Source: a bacterium
GTDB taxonomy: Bacteria; RBG-13-61-14; DATKZS01
Direction: 5' to 3'
Assembly: GCA_046484135.1 (NCBI GenBank)
Contig: JAWOBU010000262.1
Coordinates: forward strand, 1 to 59,997
Length of the DNA stretch: 59,997 nt
This document shows positions 56,581 to 59,997 of the stretch, piece by piece (position 1 is the first letter of the stretch; each line of letters begins with the position of its first letter). The notes beneath the pieces are model-generated. The model did not search any database. It had not been told where the DNA came from and saw nothing but the letters and a program-made list of their open reading frames with translations. The position numbers were made by a program, and so were the translations under genes.

Positions 56581-57441
56581 GTGAAAGAGAAACCGGTCGC
56601 GGACCTGCACACCCACACTTCTTACTCCGACAGCAAGGAGTCGCCGAAAAACCTTGTTGAAAGAGCTCGCAGAGCAGGGCTCCGGACCATCGCGGTGACC
56701 GACCACGACACCGTCTCCGGGCTGGAGGATACATATGCCGCGTCCCGCAAAAGTTCCGTCAGCATTGTGCCGGGCGTGGAGCTGTCCACCCGCCATAAGT
56801 CCGTCGAGGTCCACGTAGTGGGGCTCTGGATAGACCCGGCCAGTGCCGGGCTCAAGAGGATCATGGACAGGATAGAAAAAAGCCGGGTGGACCGCGCCAT
56901 GAAGATGGTGGAAAGGCTCGCCGGACTGGGAGCGGCCATTGATTTCAGCGACGTCGAGTCAGTGGCCGGCAAGGGCGTGATCGGCCGGCCGCACGTTGCG
57001 CAGGCGTTGGTTGACAGGGGCCGGGTGGACAGCTTCCATTCCGCTTTTCGGCTCTACATCGGCAGGGAAGGCCCGGCCTACGTTCGCAAGCTGTCCATAT
57101 CTCCGGCGGACGCCATCGAGGCCATCCACGGCGCCGGAGGTGTGGCGGTGATGGCCCATCCGCTGGTGGGAGGGCCGCAGCGGGAGCACGTCCGGGATAT
57201 CACGGCCATGGGCCTGGACGCAGTAGAGGTCAGTCATCCCAAGCTGAGCGCGAACGACAGTCATTGGCTCCGGGAGTACGCCGCCGGCCATGGTCTCGCT
57301 GTTTCCGGCGGCTCGGACTGGCACGGCGAGGGCTGGAGCGAAGGCGAGATGGGGGACTATGGACTAAATGAAAGGGAGCTTCAGGAGCTTTACTCCAGGG
57401 TCCCCGTGAGCAAATCCATTCAAGGAGGAAAAAATGTATGA
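56581..57441 (+). CDS. PHP domain protein (TrpH/YciV-like)
   Basis: DLHTHT..SD, TDHD, GVELS, GRPH, AHP, GGSDWHG. Confidence 0.92.
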   Translation: MKEKPVADLHTHTSYSDSKESPKNLVERARRAGLRTIAVTDHDTVSGLEDTYAASRKSSVSIVPGVELSTRHKSVEVHVVGLWIDPASAGLKRIMDRIEKSRVDRAMKMVERLAGLGAAIDFSDVESVAGKGVIGRPHVAQALVDRGRVDSFHSAFRLYIGREGPAYVRKLSISPADAIEAIHGAGGVAVMAHPLVGGPQREHVRDITAMGLDAVEVSHPKLSANDSHWLREYAAGHGLAVSGGSDWHGEGWSEGEMGDYGLNERELQELYSRVPVSKSIQGGKNV

Positions 57442-58663
57442 CCAACTGTTGACCGAAGAAGAAAAAAAGATACGCGACAAGGCACGCGACTTCGCCAAAA
57501 ACGAGATTGACCCGCAGCTCTTGCGGGACATGGACCAGGAAAAGGTGACCTTTCCTTACGGCTTCCACAAAAAGGTCGCGGACGCCGGCTTGTACGGCAT
57601 CCGGTTCCCCAAGGAGTACGGCGGCCTGGGTATGGGCTGGACCGCGGAGGTAGCGGCGATCGAGGAGATCGGTCCGCTGGGCATGGTGCTGGGTTGCCAG
57701 TACTCCATGCCGTCCATTGTGGGCGAATCACTGGTCCACTTCGGCACGGAAGAGCAGAAGAAGAAGTACCTGGTGCCCATGCTCAAGGGAGAGCTGGTGT
57801 CTGCGGAAGCGCTTACCGAGCCGCGCGGCGGTTCCGACTTCTTCGGGGCCACCACCCGGGCGGTAAAGGACGGCAACGAGTACGTCTTGACCGGTGGCAA
57901 GCGCTTCATCGTGGGCGGGGAAGGCGCGGATTTCTTCGCGGTGTATGCCAAGACCGCTCCGGAGAACGCTCCCCACGAGTCCATCAGCTTGTTCATTGTC
58001 GAGCGGGAATGGGGAGTCAAGGTCGAGCATATCTTCGGCCTCATGGGCAGCCGCGGGGGAGGCACCGCCCGCATCGGTTTCCCGGAAGTCCGGGTGCCGG
58101 AGTCCAACCTGGTCGGACCGTTGAACGGCGGGGCACTGGTTTTCAACCAGATGATGATCCCCGAAAGGATGACCTCGGGCGCCGGCGCCATTGGCGGCGC
58201 ACAAGCGGCACTGGACCTGGCCGCCCAGTACACCATGAAGCGCAAAGCCTTTGACCGGCCCATCCGCAAGTTCCAGGCGGTAAGCCATAAGCTGGCCGAG
58301 TCCATTACCCAGCTCGACGCGGCGCGGGGGCTGATCTACCTGGCGGCCCGGACCGTGGACGAGGGAAAACCGCACCGACGCATGGTGAGCGAAGCCAAGA
58401 AGTTCTGCACCGAAGCGGCGTGGGACGTGGTGAACTACGCCATGCAGATGATGGGCGGCATCGGCTACACCGACATCTACCCGGTCGAACGGGCGCTCCG
58501 GGACACCCGCCTGGCCATGATCTGGACCGGGACCTCGGAGATCATGAGCGCGCTCATCCAGCACGAGTACTACCAGGAGTTGGCCGAGCTCATGCAAGGC
58601 CGCCGCGATTTCGAGAAAGACGCACTCAACGCGGACAAGGAAGAGGAGAAGGTGTACGAGTAG
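57434..58663 (+). CDS. Acyl-CoA dehydrogenase
   Basis: PKEYGG, FGTEEQKKKYL, LTEP.GGSD, RKAF..PI.KFQ, QMMGGIGY, IWTGTSEI. Confidence 0.93.
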   Translation: MYDQLLTEEEKKIRDKARDFAKNEIDPQLLRDMDQEKVTFPYGFHKKVADAGLYGIRFPKEYGGLGMGWTAEVAAIEEIGPLGMVLGCQYSMPSIVGESLVHFGTEEQKKKYLVPMLKGELVSAEALTEPRGGSDFFGATTRAVKDGNEYVLTGGKRFIVGGEGADFFAVYAKTAPENAPHESISLFIVEREWGVKVEHIFGLMGSRGGGTARIGFPEVRVPESNLVGPLNGGALVFNQMMIPERMTSGAGAIGGAQAALDLAAQYTMKRKAFDRPIRKFQAVSHKLAESITQLDAARGLIYLAARTVDEGKPHRRMVSEAKKFCTEAAWDVVNYAMQMMGGIGYTDIYPVERALRDTRLAMIWTGTSEIMSALIQHEYYQELAELMQGRRDFEKDALNADKEEEKVYE

Positions 58664-58713
58664 CGTTTGTTTTTTGCTCGCGTTGAAGTAAAATTGGATT
58701 GGCTGGTTGCATC

Positions 58714-58733
58714 GTGACTGAAGTCGCTCGCAC
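58714..58733. repeat. REP-like palindromic unit (third copy)
   Basis: ATCGTGACTGAAGTCGCTCGCACGG (58711-58735) matches 37536-37560 at 23 of 25 positions. Confidence 0.8.
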
Positions 58734-58804
58734 GGTGCCCGTTATTTTTCAAAGGGCGGAGATGCTATAGTTTGCAAACGTGACATGTAACGAGAAGGAG
58801 AGAG

Positions 58805-59997
58805 ATGATGGACCGAGCACGAACATTTTTACTTCCGGCGCTGGTTCTGGCCCTGATCGTCGGGATCACCGGGGGCTGCGCCGTCGGGATCGGCTTAAAG
58901 AAAGACCGGGTGAAGCTGGCGCCGGACGGGAAGAAGCCCGAGCGGACGCCCGTGTACGAGCACAAGGAATGGACCATTGCCCGGGCGTCGCTCCACAACC
59001 ATACCACCTTCAGCGACGGCTGCCGCTCGCCTGAAGACCTGCTCGATCTGGCCCGCAGGCAGGGCATGGCCGTGCTCGCCATCACCGACCACCGGGAGGG
59101 CCGTATCTGCACGAGCGACAATGAGCTCATGTGCGCAAAAGTCGGCGGCATCGAGGAGTACGGTTACGACACGTACTTCGATCATCTCTCCCGCCTGCAA
59201 GAGACGGCCCGGGCTCATGACATGCTGCTTGTTAAAGGAGTCGAGGTCTTTCCTTATTTTTATAACTACGGCAAGTTCCCTTACCTGGTCCTGGACGGGC
59301 TCCAGCACCATTTCGTGGTGTACGGTATCGAGGACCCGGAGGTTTACGCGGACATGCCGGCGCGTCAGAACATTTCCATGAAGCCGGAGCCGATCCCGGG
59401 CGCCACTCCGTGGCAAAGGTGGGTGGACTACATTGTAGAGAACAACGGCATCGTGCATGCGGCGCACGTAGAGGAGGGCAGAGACATGTGGGTAGGCTCC
59501 GTCCACGGCGCTTGTCCTCCTCCGATAAAAAACATCCACCGCATAAAGCGGCTTACCGGCTTCTCGGTCTTCCCGGACGGCTGGCACGAGAAAGCGGGCG
59601 GTGCCGGCGGTCTTTGGGACACCGTGCTTATCGAGTACCTCTCGGGAATGCGGGAAAGGCCCATGTGGGCCAATGCTGACGCTGACTATCACGGCCCGGA
59701 CAAGAGCCTGGCGTGGGCCACGACCCTGCTTTACATGACCGAGTTCACTGAAGCCGAGGTGTTAAGGTGCATGAGGGAAGGACGCATGGTCGCGCTCATG
59801 GGACCGGCGTATCAGGACACCTATGTGGCCGAGTGGTCGGTAAGCGGCTCCGGTCCTGCCGAGAGCAGCATGATGGCGGGAAGAGAAATAAGACTCGACC
59901 AAGCTCCCCGCATCAGCTTCGCCCTGGACCACCCGGTAGAAGGAACAGTGATCGAGCTTATCCGGAACGGCGAAGTGATAAAGAAGGTAAAAGACTC
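58805..59997 (+). CDS. Partial (3'-truncated) PHP-domain lipoprotein (CehA/McbA-like metallohydrolase)
   Basis: Not in the track. AAGGAG then ATG 58805/58808; signal MMDRARTFLLPALVLALIVGITGG-C; LHNHTTFSDG, AITDH, GVE, AH, DADYH; ELIRNG near the end; frame open to the window edge. Confidence 0.85.
   Translation, partial: MMDRARTFLLPALVLALIVGITGGCAVGIGLKKDRVKLAPDGKKPERTPVYEHKEWTIARASLHNHTTFSDGCRSPEDLLDLARRQGMAVLAITDHREGRICTSDNELMCAKVGGIEEYGYDTYFDHLSRLQETARAHDMLLVKGVEVFPYFYNYGKFPYLVLDGLQHHFVVYGIEDPEVYADMPARQNISMKPEPIPGATPWQRWVDYIVENNGIVHAAHVEEGRDMWVGSVHGACPPPIKNIHRIKRLTGFSVFPDGWHEKAGGAGGLWDTVLIEYLSGMRERPMWANADADYHGPDKSLAWATTLLYMTEFTEAEVLRCMREGRMVALMGPAYQDTYVAEWSVSGSGPAESSMMAGREIRLDQAPRISFALDHPVEGTVIELIRNGEVIKKVKD

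Overview
A gene-dense, GC-rich chromosomal segment from an anaerobic bacterium that looks deltaproteobacterial (Desulfobacterota/Myxococcota-like; inferred from gene content). I found no rRNA, tRNA, CRISPR array, transposase or phage genes. Main blocks: (i) the 3' part of a putative secreted protein, followed by a 43-codon ORF missing from the ORF track that has a lasso-type RiPP leader (YxxPxL...T) but a Ser/Thr/Gly-rich core with no Asp/Glu/Cys; (ii) a GMC oxidoreductase pair, an SDR, a ~330-nt multi-hairpin intergenic region, a TPR-lipoprotein/HNH/NTF2 trio, a probably sigma54-driven FecR/DUF6600-like exported protein, ispG and a class IV aminotransferase; (iii) a long minus-strand run: methyltransferase-Zn finger, nth, large coiled-coil membrane protein, TPR-metallopeptidase, MoxR, DUF58, BatA/VWA, DUF4159, VWA-GATase-like; (iv) an energy-metabolism operon in which 2-oxoacid:ferredoxin oxidoreductase (delta, alpha, beta, gamma) is translationally coupled to an HdrL-like protein with degenerate HdrA modules, then MvhD, an HdrD-like protein, and an HdrA-MvhD fusion with an in-frame UGA selenocysteine codon and a candidate SECIS; (v) surE-pcm-yqaA, pabA-pabB-MBL hydrolase, an aldolase, two amidohydrolases, a pseudo-receiver/pseudo-J-domain/TPR protein, a B12 radical SAM enzyme, an FAD/Fe-S oxidoreductase, nadA, PHP proteins and an acyl-CoA dehydrogenase. 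Two families of short REP-like palindromes sit in intergenic gaps. All family assignments come from motifs recognised by eye; no searches were run.
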